Shown here: positions 56,229 to 64,000 of the stretch, one piece after another
Layout of the letters: each line of letters opens with the position of its first letter
How positions within the stretch are numbered: position 1 is the stretch's first letter
Assembly: GCA_045863395.1 (NCBI GenBank)
Contig: BTVJ01000006.1
Location: forward strand, 96,001-160,000
From: Myxococcales bacterium
Lineage (GTDB): Bacteria; Myxococcota_A; UBA9042; JABWCM01; BTVJ01
Direction: 5' to 3'
Length of the DNA stretch: 64,000 nucleotides
Made by a program: the position numbers and the translations under genes
The notes under the pieces: model-generated
What the model was told of the DNA's origin: nothing
What the model saw: the letters and a program-made list of their open reading frames with translations, nothing else
Database searches by the model: none

Positions 56229-56677
56229 TCGATGAGCTGCGGTCGGGGCCCGTCATCGTCCACGGCATCCTGCGCAAGCCGGACCCGGTCCTGGTCACCC
56301 CCTTCCGCAGCGCCCGCTGCGCCGCGTACGACTACACGGCCGTCTGCGTGATCAAGGTCCGCCAGGGCTACGCCCAGCAGACCCTCAAGCACGCGGTGGT
56401 CTACACGCCCTTCGAGCTGGAGCTGCAAGGGGGTACGGTCCGCGCCGTCCCGAAGAAGACGGACCCGCCCATGAGCCCGGCGGAGCACCGCGAGCTCCAG
56501 TCCAGCGGCCGCGAGGGCTTCGCCGCGGTGGAGGAGACCATCCTCCCGGGCCGCCACGTCACCCTCCGCGGCATGGCAAAGCGCGATGGCGACGCCTGGG
56601 TGGTCACCTTCCACGAGCTGGTCCCGGGGGATGCGGAGCCGGCTGAGGAGCCGGCGCGGCGGAAGCGGCGGAGGTAG
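56177..56677 (+). CDS. Hypothetical protein (orfX), weak resemblance to GIDE-like domains
   Basis: GGAGGAG RBS and host-like codon usage. Pattern GPVIVHG...LVTPF..RCAAY...PFEL...GTVR...EETILPGRHVTLRG. Confidence 0.6.
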   Translation: MFEILTRMLKPEIHVRSVDELRSGPVIVHGILRKPDPVLVTPFRSARCAAYDYTAVCVIKVRQGYAQQTLKHAVVYTPFELELQGGTVRAVPKKTDPPMSPAEHRELQSSGREGFAAVEETILPGRHVTLRGMAKRDGDAWVVTFHELVPGDAEPAEEPARRKRRR

Positions 56678-56742
56678 GGGGCACAGGCTCTGCGGGGTCG
56701 ATCAGCCAAACAACCATCTGGTGCTGTGCCGGCGGCTCACGC

Positions 56743-57021
56743 TTGGTGCACCGCCACAGTCGGGTCGGTTTCCATGGCGTAGGTCACCGTTTCGGCCACG
56801 ACACGCCGGGTCGAACCGCGCACCCTGCGCCCTTCCCCGCGGACCTGTGCAGGTCTCCGATCACCGCCATGTGCCCGCCAGAGGGGCTCGCGCTCGACCC
56901 CTTCTGCGGTACGGGAACCACGCGGCTCCTCGCGCTCCAGACGGGCCGCCGCTCCGTGGGGATCGACCTGTCCGCTGACTGCATGGAACTCGCCGCAAAG
57001 AGATGCGCGGCGCCGTTGTGA
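56743..57021 (+). pseudogene. Remnant of a second DNA methyltransferase (3' 222 bp colinear with 55344-55565; most of the gene deleted)
   Basis: DTPGRTAHPAPFPADLCRSPITAMCPPEGLALDPFCGTGT...SVGIDLSADCMELAAKRC vs DTQGRTAHFAPFPADLCRIPISATCPPDGLVLDPFCGTGT...SVGIDLSADYIEFAEKRC. SPPY motif absent. Confidence 0.85.
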
Positions 57022-57104
57022 GCAAGGACGTGGAGTTGTTCGGACACGGAACGTGCCGTGGCCAGCCACGACGCGGCAGACGGGGAGCATACCCCTGCCA
57101 CTCG

Positions 57105-57142
57105 TGATGCATTGACGTCAATTGACGTGACGCTATGATGCA
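57105..57142 (+). promoter_or_regulatory. vapBC promoter/operator with overlapping palindromes; probably a leaderless transcript
   Basis: TTGACG (57112-57117), 16-nt spacer, TATGAT (57134-57139), ATG 6 nt later with no SD. Palindromes ATTGACGTCAAT and ACGTCAATTGACGT; TGATGCA direct repeat. Confidence 0.6.
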
Positions 57143-57145
57143 CCC

Positions 57146-57409
57146 ATGCGCACCACGCTGACCATCGACGACGACCTCATGCGAGACCTTCGAGACGAGG
57201 CCCACAGGACAGGGGTCTCACTGAAGGTGATGGTGAACCGCACCCTGCGGACGGGCATGAATGCGAGGAACGCGGCTCGACCCGAGCCCTACCGATGCCC
57301 CACCTTCTCGATGGGTCACCCGAGCGGGACACCGCTCGACAAAGCCCTCCAGCTCGCATCGGAGCTCGAGGACGAGGAGACCGCGCGCAAGCTGGTGATG
57401 CGGAAGTGA
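57146..57409 (+). CDS. vapB: VapB-type antitoxin (ribbon-helix-helix)
   Basis: MRTTLTIDDDL...SLKVMVNRTLRTG...LDKALQLASELEDEE; stop overlaps the toxin start (GTGA). Confidence 0.85.
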   Translation: MRTTLTIDDDLMRDLRDEAHRTGVSLKVMVNRTLRTGMNARNAARPEPYRCPTFSMGHPSGTPLDKALQLASELEDEETARKLVMRK

Positions 57410-57834
57410 TCATCACAGACCTCAACCTGCTCGTCTATGCGGTCAACGAGGACGCGCCGAGTCACGACCGCGCGAAGCCCTGGCTGGAGGAGTGCCTGTC
57501 AGGGGACGAGACGGTGGGGCTCCCTTGGGTGGTGGTCCTGGGCTTCCTCCGCATCACGACACACGCGCGCGTCTTGCCACGGCCACTGCGAGCGGAGCAG
57601 GCACTCGCCGTCATCGATGGCTGGATCGCGCGCCCGGTCGTGAGCTTGGTCGAGCCGACGGAGCGGCACTGGCCTCTCCTGCGGGAGCTGCTCGAAGAAC
57701 TCGGCACGGCCGGGAGCCTCACCACGGACGTGCATCTGGCCGCCCTGGCAATCGAGCATGGCGCGTTGCTCTGCTCCGCTGACCGCGACTTCGGCCGGTT
57801 CCGAAATCTCCGCTGGAGCAACCCGCTGGCCTGA
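57406..57834 (+). CDS. vapC: VapC PIN-domain toxin
   Basis: IITDLNLLVYA, GFLRITTH, TDVHLAALAIEHG, SADRDFGRF..LRWSNPL. GTG start at 57406. Confidence 0.9.
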   Translation: MIITDLNLLVYAVNEDAPSHDRAKPWLEECLSGDETVGLPWVVVLGFLRITTHARVLPRPLRAEQALAVIDGWIARPVVSLVEPTERHWPLLRELLEELGTAGSLTTDVHLAALAIEHGALLCSADRDFGRFRNLRWSNPLA

Positions 57835-57877
57835 GTGTCGAACCCTCAGGGCGCGGCAGACAGGCCAGCCGCTCGCC

Positions 57878-60397
57878 CTACGCCACCTCGTCGAACTGCA
57901 GGTAGCGGTAGAGGGACGCCGCCTTGGGCTCGATGGTCGCGCGCCAACGGGCAAGGTACTCCTCGACAGTGGGCAGGCGACCGAGCAGCGCGGCGACGGC
58001 GCCCAGCTCCGCCGAGCCGAGGAACACCTGCGCGCCCTTGCCCATGCGGTTGTCGAAGTTGCGGGTCGAGGTGGAGTAGACCGTCGCGCCGTCGGGCACC
58101 CGGGCCTGGTTGCCCATGCAGAGGGAGCAGCCGGCGGTCTCGATGCGGGCGCCCATGGCCGAGAACACCGAGAAGTAGCCTTCGTTGCGCAGCTCCGCCT
58201 GGTCCATGCGCGTCGGCGGGCAGACCCACGTGCGGACCGCGCCCGTGAACGCGCTGCCGCGCCACGCCTCGCCGGCCGCCCGGAAGTGCCCGATGTTGGT
58301 CATGCACGACCCGAGGAACACGTCGTGGATGGGCGTGCCTGCCACCTCGGAGAGGAGGCGCACGTCGTCCGGGTCGTTGGGGCAGGCGAGGATGGGCTCA
58401 GTGATGGCGTCCAGGTCCACCTCGATGACCGCCGCATACTCGGCGTGGGGGTCGGCGCTGAGGAGACTCGGGCTCGCCAGCCACGCCTTCATGTCGTCGA
58501 TGCGCCGCTGGATTGACCGGGCGTCCTGGTAGCCGTCGACGATCAGAGACTCGAGGAGCGCCACATTCGACCGGAGGTAGGTGGCGACTGTCTCCTCCGA
58601 GAGCTTGATGCACGCCGCTGCCGCGCTGCGCTCTGCAGCCGCGTCGGTGAGCTCGAAGGCCTGCTCCACGGAGAGATCCGGCAGGCCCTCCATCTCCAGG
58701 ATGCGGCCGTTGAAGACATTCTTCTTGTTCTTCTTGGGGACGGTGAGCAGGCCCTCCTGGATGGCCTGATACGGGATGGCGTTGACCACGTCCCGCAGCG
58801 TGATGCCGGGGCGCAGCGAGCCCTTGAAGCGCACGAGCACGCTCTCGGGCATGTCGAGCGGCATGAAGCCGAGTGCGGCGGCAAAGGCGACGAGCCCCGA
58901 CCCCGCCGGGAACGAGATCCCGATGGGGAAGCGGGTGTGGCTGTCGCCGCCCGTGCCGACCGTGTCGGGAACGAGCATCCGGTTGAGCCACGAGTGGATG
59001 ACGCCGTCGCCGGGCCGCAACGAGACTCCGCCTCGCGCCGTCACGAAGGGCGGAAGCGACTGGTGCATGGCGACGTCCGCCGGCTTCGGGTAGGCGGCCG
59101 TGTGGCAGAAGGACTGCATGACCAGCGGCGCCTGGAACGCGAGGCAGGCCAGCTCCTTCAGCTCGTCGGCGGTCATGGGGCCCGTGGTGTCCTGGGAGCC
59201 GACCGTGGTCATGCGCGGCTCGCAGGCCGTGCCGGGGAGGATGCCGTCCACGCCGCAGGCCCGGCCCACCATCTTCTGCGCCAGCGTGTAGCCCTGGCCG
59301 GGCGCGGGACGCGGGTTCTTTGGCTTGACGAAGGTCGTCTCGGGGCCGAGCCCCCGCGCTGCCCGGGCCCGGTCGGTGAGCGCTCGGCCGATGATCAGCG
59401 GCACGCGCCCGCCGGCCCGGTACTCGTCGGCCAGCGTCGAGGGCTGGAGCTCGAAGGAGGTCACCACCTCGCCGTCGCGCGTGATCGTTCCCCGCCGCGT
59501 GTCGATGGTCACCACGTCGCCGGTCTGGAGCCGCGTCACGTCGCAGCGGAGGGGCAGCGCGCCCGAGTCCTGGGCCGTGTTGAAGAAGATGGGGGCGATG
59601 ACGCCGCCGAGGATCACGCCACCCCGCCGCTTGTTGGGCACGAAGGGGATGTCCTCGCCGATGTGCCAGAGCACGCTGTTGCACGCCGACTTGCGCGAAG
59701 AGCCCGTGCCGACCACGTCGCCGACGAAGGCGACCTGGTGGCCCTCTGCGCGGAAGGACGCGATCAGCTCCTGCCCGCCCGCGAAGCGCGCCTTGCCCAT
59801 GGCGAGCGCGTGGAGCGGGATGTCGGGGCGCGTCGCGGCGTCTCCCGCTGGCGAGAAGTCGTCGGTGTTGATCTCTCCGTCCACCTTGAAGACCTTGACC
59901 GTGATGGTCTCGGGCAGGGCCGCGCGCCCCGTGAACCAGGTCGCCTGCGCCCACGCGTCCAGGACCCGCGATGCGGCCTGGTTGTGGGCTGCGAGCGCCG
60001 CCACCTGATCGAAGGCGTCGTAGACCTGCGTGAGGCCGGCAAGGGCGGTCGCGGCCTCGTCCGCGAGGGTGGGGCTCGAGAGCGCCGAGACGAGGGGCGC
60101 CACGTTGAAGCCGCCCATCATGGTCCCGAGCAGGCGGATCGCCTCGGTCGGGCTCACGAGCGGCGAGGTCGCCTCACCCGTCGCGATGCGGCCGAGGAAC
60201 TCCGCCTTCACCTGGGCCGCCGGGTCCACGCCCGGCGACACCCGGTCGCGCAGGAGCCCGAGCAGGAACGCGCCCTCGCCGGGCGGCGGGGTTTCGAGGA
60301 GCGCGCACAGCGCGGTGGTCTGCGCAGGGGTCAGCGGCTTCGGGGGGATGCCCAGCGCGGCGCGCTCGGCCTCGTGGGTGCGGTATGCCTCGATCAT
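57878..60397 (-). CDS. acnB: Aconitate hydratase B (bifunctional aconitase/2-methylisocitrate dehydratase)
   Basis: [99 protein letters not shown]. Confidence 0.97.
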   Translation of the reverse strand: MIEAYRTHEAERAALGIPPKPLTPAQTTALCALLETPPPGEGAFLLGLLRDRVSPGVDPAAQVKAEFLGRIATGEATSPLVSPTEAIRLLGTMMGGFNVAPLVSALSSPTLADEAATALAGLTQVYDAFDQVAALAAHNQAASRVLDAWAQATWFTGRAALPETITVKVFKVDGEINTDDFSPAGDAATRPDIPLHALAMGKARFAGGQELIASFRAEGHQVAFVGDVVGTGSSRKSACNSVLWHIGEDIPFVPNKRRGGVILGGVIAPIFFNTAQDSGALPLRCDVTRLQTGDVVTIDTRRGTITRDGEVVTSFELQPSTLADEYRAGGRVPLIIGRALTDRARAARGLGPETTFVKPKNPRPAPGQGYTLAQKMVGRACGVDGILPGTACEPRMTTVGSQDTTGPMTADELKELACLAFQAPLVMQSFCHTAAYPKPADVAMHQSLPPFVTARGGVSLRPGDGVIHSWLNRMLVPDTVGTGGDSHTRFPIGISFPAGSGLVAFAAALGFMPLDMPESVLVRFKGSLRPGITLRDVVNAIPYQAIQEGLLTVPKKNKKNVFNGRILEMEGLPDLSVEQAFELTDAAAERSAAAACIKLSEETVATYLRSNVALLESLIVDGYQDARSIQRRIDDMKAWLASPSLLSADPHAEYAAVIEVDLDAITEPILACPNDPDDVRLLSEVAGTPIHDVFLGSCMTNIGHFRAAGEAWRGSAFTGAVRTWVCPPTRMDQAELRNEGYFSVFSAMGARIETAGCSLCMGNQARVPDGATVYSTSTRNFDNRMGKGAQVFLGSAELGAVAALLGRLPTVEEYLARWRATIEPKAASLYRYLQFDEVA

Positions 60398-60579
60398 GCT
60401 TCCTCCTTCGGGGGCGCCACGGTGGCGCGCGGGCGCATTCCTACACCATTTCCGCAGCGGGTTCCATGGGCGCGTGCCTCTGGTTCCACAGGTCGGGTCA
60501 CGGGCAGCGTTTGCGGAACGGCGACGCCCCCCGACACGGGCCGCTTGACTCCCCCGCCCAGTGCTGACACGTTCTTGCC

Positions 60580-60939
60580 ATGGTCGACCGGCTCCCCATG
60601 GTGCGGGCGTTTCTGAGCAGGCAGCGGCGTGAGGCGGCAGCCGCCGAGGCCCGCGCGGCGGTCCTACGGGCGCGAGCCGGAGAGGTTGCGGGCATGCTCT
60701 GCCGGGAGTTTGGCGCGACGGAGGTCATCCTCTTCGGGTCCCTGGTCGAGGGCGACCCCCATGCGGGCTCCGACGTGGATCTGGCCGTCCGGGGGATCCC
60801 GCCAGACCGCTACTTCGAGGCGCTCGCCCGCGCGGCGGATATGCTCGGCTGCGACGTGGATCTGGTGGAACTCGAGTCGGCGCGCCCGTCGCTGCGATCA
60901 CGCATCGACGAGACGGGCGTGGCGTTGGCGCAGGAGTGA
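60580..60939 (+). CDS. Minimal nucleotidyltransferase (MNT/MntA-like); no adjacent HEPN partner
   Basis: [10 protein letters not shown]...SDVDLAV...VDLVELE (GS + DxD + D). Confidence 0.85.
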   Translation: MVDRLPMVRAFLSRQRREAAAAEARAAVLRARAGEVAGMLCREFGATEVILFGSLVEGDPHAGSDVDLAVRGIPPDRYFEALARAADMLGCDVDLVELESARPSLRSRIDETGVALAQE

Positions 60940-60955
60940 GGCGCCCCTCGGTCAG

Positions 60956-62722
60956 TCAGAAGCCGACGGCCGAGGCCCCGATGGTGCCCATCACCGCGGT
61001 GGAGCCCCACCCGCCGTTGGGCTTGAACACCAGCGCCGGCGGCAGCACCGGGACGACGTTGCCCTGGCCGTCCACCCGCTCGATCTCGATGGGTTCGCCG
61101 CCGATGAGGATGTCTCCCTTGCTCTGGATCGGGCCTCCCTTGCCGACGGCCGAAAGCTCCAGGGTGCCGGTGACGGCGGAGGCGATGTGCCCGCGCAGCG
61201 TGCCCTTCACGGCGGAGACCAGCCGGACCGTCGGGCCCGGGTAGGGTCGCAGCAGCGTCACGCGCCCGGTCAGGTCGGCTCCCGCCGGGTCGCCAGAGAA
61301 GTGGACCGTGTTGCCGAACACGGCGGAGATGTCCGGGGCGAGCGCGACCGGCTGCTTCGGCTCCTTCGGCGCCGGAGCCGGGGGCGCACCCTCCTTTCCT
61401 TTGGCCGGAGCGATCTCCACGAGGATGTCCGACGGCAGCTTCTCCGGGCTTGGCGCCCACGCCGTGACCCAGAGCGTCACGGTGTTGGGGACCAGCTTCA
61501 CGTTGTCCAGCTCCAGGCCGTACTTGCCCTGACCGAAGGCGCGGCGGTTGGTGGAGATCACGTACATCTGGCCGCTGCCCACTGTGAACGTCGCGCTCTC
61601 GCCATCGACGCTCACCGTGTAGGTGTGGCCGGTCGGGTCGGCGTCGAAGGTCACGTCGACGGCTCCGGCTCTCTGGTAGCTGTGTGCCGGGATGAGCAGC
61701 GTGGGGCCGCCGTCGATGTTCAGCTCGGCGTGCGTCGGGGGGGTTCCAGGACCGGAGCACTTCCCGTCAGACTGCTCCTGGCAGGTTCCGTCGGCGGCGT
61801 TCCACCCGCTCGCGACTATCGTGACCCGGTACTGATTCTTCAGGATGTCGGCCAGCTCCTTGACCTCGCCCTTGGTCGCAGCAGCGTGAGCCGACGTGAG
61901 CGCTACGGTGGTCAGCGGGTCGTTCTTCGCGAGGATGGCGGAGACACCTTCGTCTCCGTCCTTCCACGGCAGGGCGACGACGCCCTTCGCCTCGTCGACT
62001 CTGCCCACCGTGGGCGTCGGGCCCGGCTTCGCCGCGAACGCCCAGACGTGGAAGTTCCACAGGGGGGGATCCGACCCCTTGGCGGCCACCGGCAGCGGGC
62101 ACTCCCACTCCGTGTCCACTGATGACCATACGACGGGCACGAGCTGCTCCTTCGAGGGCTCACCTCCTGTCCCCCCTTCGCAGCCGCCCTTGGCCCCACA
62201 GTCCCCGCCTCCCGTCCCGCCGGGGGCGATGGCCAGGGTCGCGCCTTGGACGAGGGCCGCGTCTCCTCCCGTGATCTCGATGATCGCCGTGCCGCCCGAG
62301 CCCGCGTCCCCGATGAGGAAGCCGGTCCGCAGCGCGACGTCCGCGGTGCTGGTCTGGTCACCGAAGAGGGCGAGGCTCCCGTCCGGGGCGACGAAGCCCT
62401 TGAGGAGCGTGATCGGCTTGTCGCCCGCACCGCGCAGGTCCAGGGTCGCGGCGGCACCGGGGGCCGGGGTCTCGGCCAGGGTGGCCGCCCCGTGGTGCCA
62501 GGTGATGCCCTCGTCGCAGGGGGCGGCGGCCTGGCCGTCGATGGCCGCCTTCACGCTCGACACGCCGGCCGTCGTGGTCACGGCGAGCCAAGATGACGTC
62601 GCCTTGCCTTCCATGTCGCGAATGCGCACGGTCTTGATCCGCGGTGAGCCCGTGTCGGCGTCTGCGTACTCGACGTGCGTGATCCCCAGCACACACACCG
62701 CCATCACCAATCCCCATCGCAT
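60956..62722 (-). CDS. Hypothetical secreted beta-rich protein
   Basis: AGGAGG RBS, signal-like N-terminus MRWGLVMAVCVLGI and host-like codon usage. No family recognised. Confidence 0.6.
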   Translation of the reverse strand: MRWGLVMAVCVLGITHVEYADADTGSPRIKTVRIRDMEGKATSSWLAVTTTAGVSSVKAAIDGQAAAPCDEGITWHHGAATLAETPAPGAAATLDLRGAGDKPITLLKGFVAPDGSLALFGDQTSTADVALRTGFLIGDAGSGGTAIIEITGGDAALVQGATLAIAPGGTGGGDCGAKGGCEGGTGGEPSKEQLVPVVWSSVDTEWECPLPVAAKGSDPPLWNFHVWAFAAKPGPTPTVGRVDEAKGVVALPWKDGDEGVSAILAKNDPLTTVALTSAHAAATKGEVKELADILKNQYRVTIVASGWNAADGTCQEQSDGKCSGPGTPPTHAELNIDGGPTLLIPAHSYQRAGAVDVTFDADPTGHTYTVSVDGESATFTVGSGQMYVISTNRRAFGQGKYGLELDNVKLVPNTVTLWVTAWAPSPEKLPSDILVEIAPAKGKEGAPPAPAPKEPKQPVALAPDISAVFGNTVHFSGDPAGADLTGRVTLLRPYPGPTVRLVSAVKGTLRGHIASAVTGTLELSAVGKGGPIQSKGDILIGGEPIEIERVDGQGNVVPVLPPALVFKPNGGWGSTAVMGTIGASAVGF

Positions 62723-63056
62723 ATCACTCACCTCCTGGTACAGCCTGGTTGCCGCCTGCCACACCGGCCGTGCAGGCGCCTCGGGCGCAGTGCTTCGGGG
62801 TTGGTCGGCGCGTGTCGAGGGAGGCTACCCAACCGTCTGACTCGCCGCAAGTGTGATCCGGGCGGCGTGAGACTTGGGAGAGTGGGCCGTGGGAGCCTCA
62901 CCCACGGGCTCGTGGATGGCGATCGGGGTCGTGACCCGAGCCTCTGGTCTGTGCAAGGGGCGTCCCCGTCGACCGGTCAAGCGGAGTCCCGAGCGGTGTC
63001 TGGCTGCTCCATCCGACACTGGAACCCGCCCCGGTGGCCATGCTAGGGTGCGCCCC

Positions 63057-63623
63057 ATGCGAACCCTCATCATTGCCGCCATCGTCGTCGTCCCCCTCCT
63101 CGCCGCCGCCGACTCCACCAAGGACCGCCTTGGCGCCGGGGAAATCATCGTCAAGACCAGCGAGGTGAAGGGGACGTCGACTCCGAAGCTGCGCGCCATG
63201 GCCGTCGTGGACGCGGCGCCCGAGAAGATCTGGCCGATCATCGACAAGTGCGCCGACTACCCGAAGACCATGGTGCGCATCGCTGCGGCCGAGGAGCTGT
63301 CGCGCAAGGGCAAGACCGTGCGCTGCCGGGTGACCGTGGACATGCCGTTCCCCCTCGGGGACCTGACCGCCGTCACGGAGGCCACTCATACGGTCAAGCC
63401 CGGCGAGCTGTGGGAGCGCAAGTGGAAGCTCGTGGAGGGTGACTACCGCCTCAACTCCGGGAGCTGGCGTCTCGTACCCTTCGATGACGCGAAGACGCGG
63501 ACCCTCGTGGTCTACGAGGTGCACGCGGAGCCGAACATCTCCATCCCCGACGGCATCAAGAAGGCGGCGCAGCAGAAGAGCATCCCCGAGCTGATGGAGA
63601 ACCTGCGGGCGCAGGTCAAGTAG
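63057..63623 (+). CDS. Secreted START/SRPBCC (polyketide cyclase-like) domain protein
   Basis: Signal peptide; VVDAAPEKIWPII..ADYPKTM, VDMPFPLGD, WKLVEGDYRLNSGSWRLVP, TLVVYEVHAEP..IPD. Confidence 0.8.
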   Translation: MRTLIIAAIVVVPLLAAADSTKDRLGAGEIIVKTSEVKGTSTPKLRAMAVVDAAPEKIWPIIDKCADYPKTMVRIAAAEELSRKGKTVRCRVTVDMPFPLGDLTAVTEATHTVKPGELWERKWKLVEGDYRLNSGSWRLVPFDDAKTRTLVVYEVHAEPNISIPDGIKKAAQQKSIPELMENLRAQVK

Positions 63624-64000
63624 CGCTGCAGAGGGTGAACAGCAGCGCGAGCACCCCGATCACCACCGCCACCTTCAGCGTGAACAGCGCGACCCCGAGC
63701 AGGACGATGCCCCCCACGATCAGGACGGGGACGGCGCCAACGCCCATCAGCGTACCGAGGGAGAAGCCGGCGACGTCGTGGCGGACCTCCGCCCAGAGGC
63801 CCGGCGGCTCGTGGGCGTCCTGGAGGACCAGGGCATCCGCGCGCTTGAGCAGGGCGGCGGCGCGGCCTGGGTCCGAGCGCCCGATGCGGTCCGCGGCCTG
63901 GACGAGGCGGTCGAGGCGCGCCTTCCGCTCGGGCCGCCGCAGCAGCGCCAGCTCCATCTGGTCCTCGTAGGTGGCGAGCGCCCGGAGCTGCGCGTCCAGG
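63616..64000 (-). CDS. Hypothetical membrane protein, 5' end outside window
   Basis: Frame is open to the window end (LDAQLRALATYEDQMEL...); C-terminal hydrophobic helices. Confidence 0.55.
   Translation of the reverse strand, partial: LDAQLRALATYEDQMELALLRRPERKARLDRLVQAADRIGRSDPGRAAALLKRADALVLQDAHEPPGLWAEVRHDVAGFSLGTLMGVGAVPVLIVGGIVLLGVALFTLKVAVVIGVLALLFTLCSAT

Noticed and set aside
55344..57021. MTase 3' end and its diverged copy as a possible DGR template/variable repeat pair
   Set aside because: Differences are not adenine-specific (many synonymous C/T and G/C changes), and no reverse transcriptase is present in the window.

Overview
GC-rich bacterial chromosomal segment. Cys-rich CDDGNPCT repeats, many lipoproteins, a Hanks kinase with a PEGA domain and VIT/VWA proteins suggest a Myxococcota-like deltaproteobacterium (inference). 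It holds about 40 CDS and one tRNA-Leu(CAA). Housekeeping genes include proC, corA, fadN-fadA, acnB, a pterin dehydratase, a POT transporter and a class III aminotransferase. There is a coupled poly-gamma-glutamate operon (pgsB-pgsC-pgsW plus an HMA lipoprotein and a TPR protein) and a cluster of large secreted proteins (M28 peptidase, VIT-VWA, TSP3 repeats, GH9). The four most notable items are: (1) a double-length tyrosine phenol-lyase whose halves have lost complementary catalytic residues, so one hybrid active site is predicted; (2) a ~3130-aa lipoprotein-anchored RHS/YD protein with a C39-like peptidase tip and no adjacent immunity gene; (3) a nicotinamidase-like + kinase + CX5R phosphatase three-domain fusion; (4) a tandem fadA-orfX-DNA methyltransferase duplication with reciprocal decay, in which a 110-bp repeat carrying an RBS-sequestering hairpin is far better conserved than its flanks. 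All family calls come from motif recognition by eye; no database search was run.
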